A stretch of DNA of 32,000 nt from Zygophlyctis sp. KS116 (Eukaryota; Fungi; Chytridiomycota): assembly GCA_054661495.1 (NCBI GenBank), contig BAAFSQ010000096.1:2192-34191 (forward strand), in the 5' to 3' direction. The notes beneath the pieces are model-generated. The model saw only the letters and a program-made list of their open reading frames with translations, was not told the DNA's origin and ran no database searches. Shown here in pieces: positions 10,202 to 20,341 of the stretch. Made by a program: the position numbers and the translations under genes. Each line of letters begins with the position of its first letter. Position 1 is the first letter of the stretch.

Positions 10202-11512
10202 ATGGGCGCACCTTGTTCGACTTCCAATACTAAAGACTGCAATTGCTATAATGATGGAAGAGTTCCTTACTTACAGGAAATACACGATATTTGTGCATAT
10301 AAAATTTCCGAATGCTGCTTCAGGATTGGCAACAATTACGCAAATTATGGATACGACTACAAATCAAGTAATTGTTACCTGTATAATACTACAATGATTA
10401 AGCTCTTCCCAGACAAGTGTACACCGGAATGCTCAAAGTTTCATCCAGAGAGTTGCCCCGACCCATCTGCTCTTGATACTACCCCTTTGAATTGGAGACA
10501 TCCAATCACAAGTGGATCAAAATGTTTTACTACCGTACCAAAAGAAGAAGGCTTAGTTTACACAAATCATTCCCAATCTTTAGGGGATGAATTTGTCTGT
10601 ATGAATTACATATCATGGTTCGAACCGTTAAAAAAATATGTTTATGTTGCTACCACTGGAGATTCAAGTTTACATTCTTCAATGTCTTTATACCCATCAA
10701 TTTATATGAATCTGACACAGTGCTCTACTGATTATTGTAATAATCCGGCAAATTTAGTTGGTTCTCTGGATACTTTTCAGCCTGAAATCACTTCTCAAAC
10801 CGGACTTGATTGCTTTGAAGGTATATATCCAAATGTCAGCTCCAAATTTATTTATAAAGCCGAAAGCTGTGTACGATATAGTTTTGTTGCAGATTATAAA
10901 TCAGGTTTAGTAACAGTGTATGATGGATTACCTGAAAGTGATTTACCAATGTTGAAAAGTACTTTTTACATCAAAAATGCAACTTCTTGCTCTACTCCAA
11001 ACTGTAATACAATTATTGTTCCTCCTATTGAAAGCAGCTCACTTGTCTGGGATGCAAATAACAGTGGAAAGTTGGTATGTTTTGAAAGTATTGACTCTGG
11101 AAATACTGTAGTAATGCATCCAAATCCGAGCCCGGATCCTTCTACAAAGTATTGTATACGTCTTAAATCTACTATAGACAATAGCATCATGTTTTTTTCT
11201 GCAAAATCGTATTCGGCTTATACTTCTTTTTCAAAAGCTACAAATGTATTTGTTTGCAATACAAACCTGTGCAATGCTCCACAAACCTCTACTTCTACAC
11301 TTAAATGTCACTTGACAACCCCAAATAATGTAGCAACTGTTATTAAATCTGATATAAGTCTACCTGTTGACTATTGTGTCAAATATGTGACTGATTCTGA
11401 ATCCAAATTCTATTCAGCTGTTACTTCTGATCAATTGGCAATTATCAATGCTAATCCAACAAAGTTTAAAGAAGTGGTATCATGCCAAACAGACTATTGT
11501 GTTGCTCCATGA
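10202..11512 (+). CDS. Cys-rich protein with four ~70-80 aa repeats ending in CxTxxC(N), LU/three-finger-like
   Basis: Intronless ORF from the ATG at 10202. Each repeat starts xCF/CH, has a central CxxY/L and ends in CSTDYCN, CSTPNCN, CNTNLCN or CQTDYC. Confidence 0.75.
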   Translation: MGAPCSTSNTKDCNCYNDGRVPYLQEIHDICAYKISECCFRIGNNYANYGYDYKSSNCYLYNTTMIKLFPDKCTPECSKFHPESCPDPSALDTTPLNWRHPITSGSKCFTTVPKEEGLVYTNHSQSLGDEFVCMNYISWFEPLKKYVYVATTGDSSLHSSMSLYPSIYMNLTQCSTDYCNNPANLVGSLDTFQPEITSQTGLDCFEGIYPNVSSKFIYKAESCVRYSFVADYKSGLVTVYDGLPESDLPMLKSTFYIKNATSCSTPNCNTIIVPPIESSSLVWDANNSGKLVCFESIDSGNTVVMHPNPSPDPSTKYCIRLKSTIDNSIMFFSAKSYSAYTSFSKATNVFVCNTNLCNAPQTSTSTLKCHLTTPNNVATVIKSDISLPVDYCVKYVTDSESKFYSAVTSDQLAIINANPTKFKEVVSCQTDYCVAP

Positions 11513-11667
11513 ACAAATAAAATTTGAATTTCTTTAAAAGTTATAAGCTAGTGATATAAAAATGAAATAATAAAGCAGGAAAATCTTTTAAGAAGCATTA
11601 TAAACACTTGGAAAATCCAATAAAATTGTAATAAAATCCGATAAAAACTAGGAAAATCTCGTAAAAA

Positions 11668-12149
11668 ATGGACAAAATTCAACCGCAACTTGCTAAACTT
11701 GATAATTACTTGTCTCAGTACAAATTTCTATCAGACATTGAAAAAAAATCTTGTATTCCAAAAGTATATCTTGTACTTTCTCTATCTTTTCTACTTGGAC
11801 TTTCTATAGTTTTTGACATTTTAGCTGCGTGGACTGTTGGAGCTTTATCTCTAATTTATCCTATTCTAAACTCTTTCAAAGCTATTCTTAAATCTGATGC
11901 TAAAGCTACTAAAACCTGGTTATTGTATTTTTCTATAATCTCTATTTGGTCATTTCTAGAATTGGGAGATTTCTTGTATAATATTATTCCATACTATTAT
12001 ACTATCAAATCTATTGCAATTATTTGGTTAATTACTCCAAATTTTATGGTAATTTTATGATTTTTTTTATTATATAGGGAATAAACACTGTATTAGAGTC
12101 TGTACAACCAATGTTGAGCAATTACTTTACAGAAAAAGAAAAGGAATAA
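11668..12149 (+). CDS. YOP1: Yop1/REEP/DP1 ER-shaping protein
   Basis: LSDIEKKSCIPKVY, YPILNSFKAI, TWLLYF and IPYYYTIK...WL..P motifs. One intron at about 12049-12077. Confidence 0.88.
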
Positions 12150-12150
12150 A

Positions 12151-12540
12151 TCATAATCTTTGTGATTTTAACCATTTTCTAATTTGTGATTTTCTAGAAC
12201 TCTTTTGATCATAGTCTAGACACGAATGGACTACATCTTTGAGTTCAGAGAGAGATAAATATGATTTTTTAGTTTCTAGAGAGATAAAGTCTGTAAATGG
12301 ATTTTCATAAATTCTTTTAGAAACTTTAACTGGAGATTTACTAGTCCAAGATGACCAAAAACATGATTCTTCAGAGATTGAAATCATGAATAAATTCAAA
12401 TTAAAGGAATCTTGAACAATTTCAGTGTCTCCGATGAGATTTTGAAGAGAATCTAATTCCATTTGAGAGATTCTCATTGTATCATTAACTGATTGGATTA
12501 AAAAGTTGAATGTAATATCAAACGCAGACATTTCAGACAT
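12151..12540 (-). CDS. Hypothetical protein
   Basis: Open frame from the ATG at 12540 (MSEMSAF...) whose stop abuts the YOP1 stop. No family recognised. Confidence 0.55.
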   Translation of the reverse strand: MSEMSAFDITFNFLIQSVNDTMRISQMELDSLQNLIGDTEIVQDSFNLNLFMISISEESCFWSSWTSKSPVKVSKRIYENPFTDFISLETKKSYLSLSELKDVVHSCLDYDQKSSRKSQIRKWLKSQRL

Positions 12541-12691
12541 GATCCTTGAATTTTTACTTACTGTGGGAGATTTGCACAAGATTTTCACGTCTGCAGTTGG
12601 ATTGATTAAAGATTTATATTTCTAATAATTGTATGATCATGATAATACAGGGAATAAATGGTATTTGAATCATTATTCAATCGGCGAATCT

Positions 12692-12731
12692 GACGTAAGA
12701 TATATCAAACAGACGTAAGATATATCAAACA
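12692..12731 (+). repeat. Tandem duplication of GACGTAAGATATATCAAACA (20 bp x2) in a divergent promoter
   Basis: Read directly from the sequence; surrounded by TGACG/CGTCA motifs. Confidence 0.85.
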
Positions 12732-12767
12732 ATGACGCTGTACGTCAGATCACCTAAAAAATAAACA

Positions 12768-13411
12768 ATGTCTACTGATCTTGAAACTAGATTGAAATAT
12801 GCCTTATACTGTTCTATCGGATTGCAGGTTGCAGCATTGGTAAAAGATATATTCTCATAATGCAGGTTACTAGTGCAATAACTGCTGTCAATTCTTTTAA
12901 AGATCCAGAGGATGGTTTTAAAGATTTAAAAGGATGCTTTCTCTATGTAGAGGTGGATGTTAAAAACAATTTCTTTATTCCAACGAATACATCCAGTGTT
13001 GGCTGCTCAGCTATTAAAACGTACATTTTAAAAAGTCTAATATTTTATAGAATTTCTTCAATTGAAGCTGTATCATCCCTTATAGTACTCTGTATTTTAA
13101 CATGGATTGCATTCACCAATATTAAGAGATCGGCACCTATTTTTTGGATCTTGTTGGGATTTGGCGTCGTGTGTAGCTGCATTGGGTTTTTAGGATCTTG
13201 TTTGTACTCTGTTGGTCTTCAAAAGACTAAAGAAAATCTTCATGGAAATTTTGATCAATTGATAGGTAGTGTGGTTGGTGGGCATTCAACGCCTATATCG
13301 AATGGTGAAAAGACTAGTTGGTTAGCATGTCTATGCTGGATTGTATTTTCAGCATTAGAATTTATTTCTTACAAGTGGGATCAGACAAGTAATAAAACTG
13401 CTGGACTTTAG
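12768..13411 (+). CDS. Four-TM protein, TMEM179/MARVEL-like, paralog 1
   Basis: LQVAAL / intron / ...GCFLY...VGCSAI / intron 13021-13050 / ...SCLYSVGL...SWLACLCW. Confidence 0.75.
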
Positions 13412-13524
13412 TAAAGCGATAAGGTCGATGCTCTTGAGTTTCGGACCGCTTTTCTTTCAGTAACGCCGCTTTTCCTAGAGCACAACTCAAAATCTAAATT
13501 TAGATTTACTATTTTGAATTTAAA

Positions 13525-14198
13525 ATGTCTCTCTCAAATTTACAACCACCATTAAGGTCAACTCTGATATATTTTTCAATTGTATTACAGATTGTTGCAT
13601 TTGTAAGATATCTTTATAAAATAGTAGATTTCTAGTATTATTACTGCTTCTATTTCTGCTAAAGATCTTAAATTTGATTATATGTATTTAAGAGCTTGCT
13701 TTCTTTATATGCAAGGAGTTGTTAAAGAAATAGATGATCCAAAAAAAGTTGGTAGTAAAATATCTGTTTGGACTCCAGAAAATTCCTCTAGTGCTAGTTG
13801 TTCAGCTATTCAAGCGTAAGATTATATTACTGGAATTAATGTATAGGATTTCTGGGATTGATGCATTGGGATCTGCTATAGTAATTATCACTCTAATATG
13901 GCTTACATTTTTTGGTCTTGAGAGATCTAAAACTGTTTTTGGGATTTTAATTGGATCGGGTGTATTTTGTGGATTTATAGGATTTGTAGCTGCATGTATG
14001 TACTCTGTTGGACTTAAGAATACAAGAGATAATTCGGGTGGTTTTTTCGATCTTGTACTATCAGCTGCAGGAGCTGCTAATAGTGTTACTATTGAGATTG
14101 GTCGGACATCTAGCTGGATTGCATTCATGAGTTGGATAATCTATGTTGCAGTTGAATTTATTGGTTATAGATATTATGAAATAAGACTACTTGATTAG
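13525..14198 (+). CDS. Four-TM protein, paralog 2
   Basis: LQIVAF/...ACFLY...ASCSAI/...ACMYSVGL...SWIAFMSW, with the same two intron positions as paralog 1. Confidence 0.75.
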
Positions 14199-14254
14199 TA
14201 AGCAAGTGTGCCGCACCTTGATTGAGTTTCTATTTTTAGTATTCAAAATTATAA

Positions 14255-15207
14255 ATGAATCGTCAAACATCAGCTTCCAAATTGCACAAATTAAAAAGGC
14301 AATCATCAGTAGGAATCATGTCCATAAGTTCCCCAGTGTCTGCTGGGCCTGTGATTACTCCCAGAAGTACTTCAGTGTCATCCAATCTCTTCAATAATGG
14401 AAGAAATACAATTGTCTTGGCCAGTAAACATCCTACAGTAACAAAATCTACATCAGAACTTGCTTCATCTAATTCTTTCCAAAAGGATAGAACAGGTCAA
14501 GATTCCCCAACAAATAATAAATGGCCGTCTTCAAGGAAATCTTTAAAAGATTCAAAGACTGATTCTTCAATTCTGTTGAATCGCTTAAAATCTATAAACA
14601 AGGAATTACTATGCTCAATGATTGCTCTATCTCTGCAAATTATACTTTTTGTAAGTTTTAAAATGCTCAACTCTAGATCACATCTGTTTTAGTATCAATC
14701 GTCACATTTAAACATCTGAAATACCCGGATCCATCAACTGTTTTTGCTTGCGTATTATATATTTCAGAAAAGGTTGACAGTTCGTCTTGTTTTTCAATTG
14801 AAACGTAAGATTAAAACTTTTTAATTTGAAGCATATTCTTCATTAGTACATTATCAACAATGCTGATGTTTCTAATTTTATCAGCAATCATATTGCGAAA
14901 ATTGAAGAGAACTCGGACATCTTATGTAATCGGAATTTCAGTTGGACTTTTTTGTAGTTTTCTAACTTTTGCAGCAGCATGCTTATATGAAGTTGGATTA
15001 AGAACAACAATTGATCATAATGGTGGGAAGGAACATTTTGCTAAAATTTATTCTGATAGAATTGATATTCATCTAATATATATGGCTAAAAATGCTGCAT
15101 GGATGACTGCGATAATATGGCTAATTTATGCAGGAGTAGAATTTTATGAAGGATTATCATTTATGTCTGATTCAGAGTATGAAGTTTTTATGATTGATCA
15201 AGATTAA
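14255..15207 (+). CDS. Four-TM protein, paralog 3, with a ~115-aa Ser-rich N-terminal extension
   Basis: LQIILF/...ACVLY...SSCFSI/...ACLYEVGL...AWMTAIIW, with the same intron positions. Confidence 0.72.
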
Positions 15208-15234
15208 AAATCGGAGTCGATTTTGATTTGCAAA

Positions 15235-16033
15235 ATGTTTACTGGTACTTCAACATCGCCTGTTTTTACTAGAAAGAAAAAGAGAAATAGCACATTATTG
15301 ACGCTAATATTTTTAGTCTTATGTTTTGATTTACTTTTACGGTCATTTACTTTTACTTCTCCAAATTCGGACTTGGGTGAAGCCGACGTGCCACATTTAC
15401 AGAGTCTACATTTTAAGGAATTTTACAATAAGAAGCCAATCTTTATGATTGGGGATGAAGCTGCATTGAATTCTTTTTCATTTGAAAATGCTGGATATTC
15501 ACTACAATTAAATCAACTCATATTTCCTCATAATGAATTATTAAATCGTGCTGGAATTGGTTTTAATAGTACAGTTTGGGCTATTGAATCATTTGAATTC
15601 TTAAAAAGTATTAAAAATGCCGGTCTGATTATAATTAATATCGGAACAGAGTAATTCAAATTATTAATCATAAAGGGAAGCATTAAATGGAGGAAATTTA
15701 ACTAATTTTGCAAAATCACTATCAAGTCTGATATATTTACTTCGACAATCATTACCAGATGTTTCACTTGCTGTCTTTACTCCAATGCCTCCTATCAATA
15801 TTTCAGATTTAGACCGACTGCAGTTTGTTAGGACAGATGTTGAAGTTTTCGGCCAGAATTTTATGGTTCCAGTCTTTGACTTGTGGCAAGTTTTTGATTT
15901 AGATCCAGCAAGCTATAAATCAATGTCTGCATTTCTAAATAATCCTCAATCATTTAACGCAAATGCCAATGCATTAATAGCTGCTAAATTATTTGAATTC
16001 CTTTCGAAAAACTTTGTGCAGTTTGTTGAATAG
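15235..16033 (+). CDS. Membrane-anchored SGNH/Iah1-like protein, probably catalytically inactive
   Basis: N-terminal TM segment. MIGDE in place of GDS, LNRAGIGFNS, IGTEEA in place of GxND, and no DxxH. One intron at about 15651-15675. Confidence 0.7.
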
Positions 16034-16054
16034 AAATCTTGATACGCGCAAAGA

Positions 16055-17030
16055 ATGAGCGAATCGTCAGCACAAGATAGTTTCGAAAGACAAGTCTTAT
16101 TTGCAGATATTGAGAGTCCAAACGAGTCCAAATTATCCCAATATGTTAAAAAGATTTTGCCCAAACATCGGTATTCACAAAGCCAAAGTAATTCTTACAT
16201 TTGGGGAACAGTCGCTGCAATAATTATCGGACTACTAATAGGAGACTTGATAATTCGAATATTTCCATGGAATCATATAGGACTAGACTCTGATGACTAT
16301 AATAATGCACCAATAATATTATTAGGAGATTCAATCACTCAATATGGATATTCTACTGAAAGAGAAGGATGGACATCACTAATGTCATGCTCTTATGCAT
16401 TAAGATATGATGTATTGAATAGGTTTATAGTAATATATTAAATACTCAGAGGTCATTGGGGGTTCAACACTGATGCTTATGTGAATAGAATTCAAAAAAC
16501 GATGAAAAATGCTTTAGGAACTTGGGATACTCCAACTTTAGTGACCTTAATGATTGGTACAAAGTAATAATTTATTAGCTAATAGATATAGTGATGCAGA
16601 ACCATCATCAAGGAAAACTATGCATGTTCCTATTGAACGATACAAGGAAAATTTGAAATCTATAATTTCTGATATTTTGGAATTTAAGACTCAAAGACTA
16701 ATTCTGATTACACCTCCTCCGACTCGTAAATCTAGACAACCAGAAAATCGTTACGAATACCGTACAGCAATGATTGAAATGGCTAAAGATTTTGATTTAC
16801 TAGTTTTGGACACATGGTCAGTATTTTTATTAAATTATACAATTGGAGAAATGTCATGGGATGCATTAGATTCAGTCACCATGAAGCATTATAATGACTC
16901 TATAATGGAAAATTATCTAATTGACGAGGAACATTATAATATCCAAGGTAATCGTCAGCATTGGTATGCATTGTCCAATATGATTAAAATCTTCTATCCA
17001 GAAATATGGCCGTGGGACGGCTGTATTTAG
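16055..17030 (+). CDS. Membrane-anchored SGNH hydrolase, Iah1-like esterase
   Basis: LLGDSITQ, LNRGHWGFNT, IGTNDA (after a 28-nt intron) and DEEH; TM segment near the N-terminus. Confidence 0.88.
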
Positions 17031-17105
17031 AACAAGATTTCTAGTATAGTTAGTGGCGGTTAAGTAAATTTTAAAAGAATATGAATACTGATTTGACGTT
17101 GGAGA
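16930..17105 (+). repeat. Left copy of the ~176-bp direct repeat bracketing the island (right copy 20748-20924)
   Basis: Contains the esterase 3' end, the intergenic spacer and the first ~8 codons (MNTDLTLE) of the gene at 20900. Roughly a dozen differences between copies. Confidence 0.95.
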
Positions 17106-17146
17106 TTATTTTAAAAATCCTTTAGATGTAGACTTTGTAATTCGTT

Positions 17147-17652
17147 ATAACAATAGAAATCATCCGAGACTAACTGTTGACATAGGTGAACAACGGATTT
17201 CAGCTATTCCCGAATTCGTTGTGCACCAATGTGATAGCGTAACAGAGTCTGTATGCGTTGTTGCCGTGGTATTTACACCTAGTATATCTAATTCTTAGGA
17301 TAAGCATATAAAAAACGTGTCGGGTTCTAGTAGCTTTGGAGAATCGCAGATTTCAATGGAAATTCTTTCCGCAGCTTATGGAAATTTTCTGGAAGATATT
17401 GATACAGGAAATGAAAGAAATCAGACCATTTATGCCATAAGAGTCATTTCAAACTACGTCACGTTTTATTGCGCAACTGTTCCTATTGATTATTTGAAGG
17501 CACTAGCATTCGGTATCCCCAAGACAGAAACGTTTGAAATAATCCGTTATCCCGGCAGGAATGGAAAGAAGACGGGACTTGACCTCGTTGATGTCGAACA
17601 AAGAAATGCTGCTCTTCGTGGTATGACTATCCTTGGACTTGCACTCGCTTAA
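17147..17652 (+). pseudogene. 5'-truncated copy of the PD-(D/E)XK-like nuclease gene at 19366-20341
   Basis: Aligns to 19830-20341. It starts inside intron 2, retains intron 3, and VVE/DK is changed to VAV/DK. Confidence 0.85.
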
Positions 17653-17738
17653 TTACTTTTAATAAGTTCAATATATTGAAAATATCCCTGCAGACTTAGA
17701 TTATCTTAACTAAAAGATATTGTCATTTGTGACTCATC

Positions 17739-17899
17739 CTTCTTGAGTGAGTATTTACAGTCATTCCGCGCTTTGAAGGTGCAGTGAATTTTATGAATTC
17801 GATTACAATCACATACGTGGTGCCACTATGGAGAATGTTTTAGCAGCAAAGAATTTCTTCTTGAGTGAGTATTTACAGTCATTCCGCGCTTTGAAGGTG
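17739..17899 (+). repeat. 43-bp perfect direct repeat (17739-17781, 17857-17899) enclosing a copy of 18321-18393
   Basis: CTTCTTGAGTGAGTATTTACAGTCATTCCGCGCTTTGAAGGTG occurs twice; the insert matches the downstream CDS at 72/73 nt. Confidence 0.95.
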
Positions 17900-17946
17900 T
17901 ATGTATGACTTGTTCAGTTTCCCGACCGCTTGCATCAACTAAAAAT

Positions 17947-18756
17947 ATGTCGCAAACGCTCTGGATTGCATATGATAATCCTGCCAAGTTATTTAGTCCT
18001 GCAAGAGTCTCCATTGAAGGATGCTCTGATGTGGCTGCCTTTAAAGGTACTATTGGCAATTTTAACTTAAAAGTTGCAATGAGAAACAGACCTTTACTTG
18101 CCATCCCTCAAAATACTCCCATCACTCTCTACAAATCTGATGGAACTACTGAAATTGATGTCGGGGACTCTCCTGCTGCTTATTTGGATGGAAACTCAAG
18201 TAAGATTCCACTCATTGTCAAGGTTACTGCTGTAGGGGAATCCGGTCGTCAAGCTTCGACTAGAAAAATGGCCGTTGATGCTTCTTGTCGAAAATACTTG
18301 GATGCTATTGCTAGAAAAATCAGTGAATTTTATGAATTCGATTATAATCACATACGTGGTGCCACTATGGAGAATGTTTTAGCAGCAAAGAATGGAAAAC
18401 AAGGTAAAGACTGGAGATTTCGACTGGCAATAAAGAATTCTACTCAAATTGATGATAAAGGCATTGAAAGAGTAGTTAAAAAAGGCAAGCCATTTACTAA
18501 TTGCCCCCTCCTGAAGTTGTTCCAGCCTGATGAATGGGAAAAAATCAGAATGTTTAATAGCATCACATCCCAAAGTATTCATCCTGCAGGGCTTCCTCGT
18601 TTATCTGATGGAAGGGCATATATTATCATCCCTGTTTCCATGTATTCTGATGAAGCTGTTGCATTTCTCAAAGACATTGGTGTCCGAAGCTTTCTCTTAT
18701 CTGACCCTGGTGCTCTAGTAGTCAAGAATGAAGATACCGTGTTTGAAAGTTCTTAG
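17947..18756 (+). CDS. Crinkler (CRN)-like protein: ubiquitin-like header plus an unrecognised C-terminal domain
   Basis: MSQTLWIAYDNP...VSIEGCSDVAAFK...ITLYKSDGTTEI...GNSSKIPLIVKV resembles CR-Ubl headers. Probable in-frame 27-nt intron at about 18047-18073. Confidence 0.65.
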   Translation: MSQTLWIAYDNPAKLFSPARVSIEGCSDVAAFKGTIGNFNLKVAMRNRPLLAIPQNTPITLYKSDGTTEIDVGDSPAAYLDGNSSKIPLIVKVTAVGESGRQASTRKMAVDASCRKYLDAIARKISEFYEFDYNHIRGATMENVLAAKNGKQGKDWRFRLAIKNSTQIDDKGIERVVKKGKPFTNCPLLKLFQPDEWEKIRMFNSITSQSIHPAGLPRLSDGRAYIIIPVSMYSDEAVAFLKDIGVRSFLLSDPGALVVKNEDTVFESS

Positions 18757-18869
18757 GGACTGACTCACAAGTTGCTAAATTTATTTGTGCAAGCATTGAT
18801 TGGATTTTTTGTTGCAGTAGTAACAGTCATTCCACGCTTTGAAGTGTATGTATTTTTTATTGCAGTAAA

Positions 18870-19011
18870 GTAGAATACACATATTTCTTTATGAATCCAT
18901 CACTTTTGATTTTAGATTTTATCATGATTCAATGATAACCTTGTTGTCAGTTGTCTGAATCAGTTGAATCTGCTCCTTTTATTGTATGTTTTGGTTGTTG
19001 CGACACCTGCT
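18870..19011 (+). repeat. ~142-bp repeat, second copy at 20350-20494
   Basis: GTAGAATACACATATTTCTTTATGAATCC...GACA(T)CCTGCT is present at both sites with few differences. Confidence 0.95.
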
Positions 19012-19148
19012 AGTGGCGGTTAAGTAAATTTTAAAAGCATATGAATACTGATTTGACATTGGAGATTATTTTAAAAATCCTCAAGATATATACTTTGTAA
19101 ATGTGGCTCGTCTTCACTCAAGTCCGAATTGGGAGAAGTAAAAGTAAA
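19011..19148. repeat. Chimeric repeat: copy of 17051-17140 running into an inverted fragment of CDS 15346-15440
   Basis: The reverse complement of 19058-19148 reads TTTACTTTTACTTCTCCCAATTCGGACTTGAGTGAAG...CCACATTTACAAAGT, matching 15346 onward. Confidence 0.88.
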
Positions 19149-19365
19149 CCAAGTGCACGTACTATGTATAGAGCACCTGATGATTCTATATATTTTAAAT
19201 GGAATTCTCTGATAAAATCATTCTAATCAATGCATCACTAGTAATGAATCCACTAAAGTTTAAGTACATTTTTGACAGTGGCGCCGCTCATCAAAACCTG
19301 TAAAAAATACTGCAATTTCTTTTTTGGAGTTTATAAACTACTATATTTAGTAACATTTCGTCTTA

Positions 19366-20341
19366 ATGACTTCAAAAACTTCTACTAGAAAACGAACAAG
19401 AACTGAATCCGAAACTGAACCTTCGTCTGAAAGAGATTTGCCAACCAGTGCATCTTCTTTTTTACTCAAACATACTCTAGCACTTGGAATCAAATTCACA
19501 CCTGCCAATGATCTCTATGATGTTATTCCCAACGTTCCAATTGACGGTAAAATTATTATTATTTCTTAATAGTTAGAGTCTTCGGTGCCTTTCCTCTTGC
19601 CTCAGTTGAGTTTTGATACATTGACTGCTACAAGGAGAAATCTTCGGAACAACTCAAGTCTTTCCGGAACCGATAAGAATTTTATCAAGAAATTAAGTGA
19701 TGTTGCTACAAATAGCACTGAGAATATTGGCACTGAAGAAAGTAAAACAGACTCACTTGTTGATGACATGTTACGATCAGTGGGATTGAACAACTGGCCA
19801 TTATCGATAGAGTATTTTCATCATTCATAATAACAATAGAAATCATCCGAGACTAACTGTTGACATCGGGGAACAACGGATTTCAGCTATTCCCGAATTC
19901 GTCGTGCGCCAGTGTGATAGCGTTACAGAGTGTGTATGCATTGTTGTTGAGGTATTGTCACCAAGTATATCCTCTAATCTTTAGGATAAGCGTATAAAAA
20001 ACGTATCCCGTCCTAGTGGGTTTGGAGAATCACAGATTTCAATGGAAATTCTTTCCGCAGCTTATGGAAATTTTAATGGCGTTAATGGTATCAAAGAAGA
20101 CCAAACAATCTACGCCATTAGAGTTATTTCAAATTATGTCACATTTTATCGCGCAACTGTTACAGTGGATTATTTGAATGAATTAGACCTTGGTATCCCC
20201 AAAAAATCTACTTTGGAAATAAGACGCTTTCCCGGAATAAATGAAAAAGATTCTGGTCTTGACCTCGTCGATGTGGGACAAAGAAAGGCTGCTCTTCGCG
20301 GTATGACAATCCTTGGACTTGCACTTTCTCAATTACTATAA
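19366..20341 (+). CDS. Restriction-endonuclease-fold (PD-(D/E)XK-like) protein with a basic NLS-like N-terminus
   Basis: Three introns (30, 28 and 33 nt) give EESKTDSLVDDML...AIPEFVV...IVVEDKR...GESQISMEILSAAYGN...IYAIRVISNYVTFY. RKRTR lies near the start. Confidence 0.7.

Noticed and set aside
17739-17899. Bona fide CRISPR array
   Set aside because: Only two full repeats and one spacer, the spacer is self-derived, the context is eukaryotic and no cas genes are present. Kept as a repeat and a finding.
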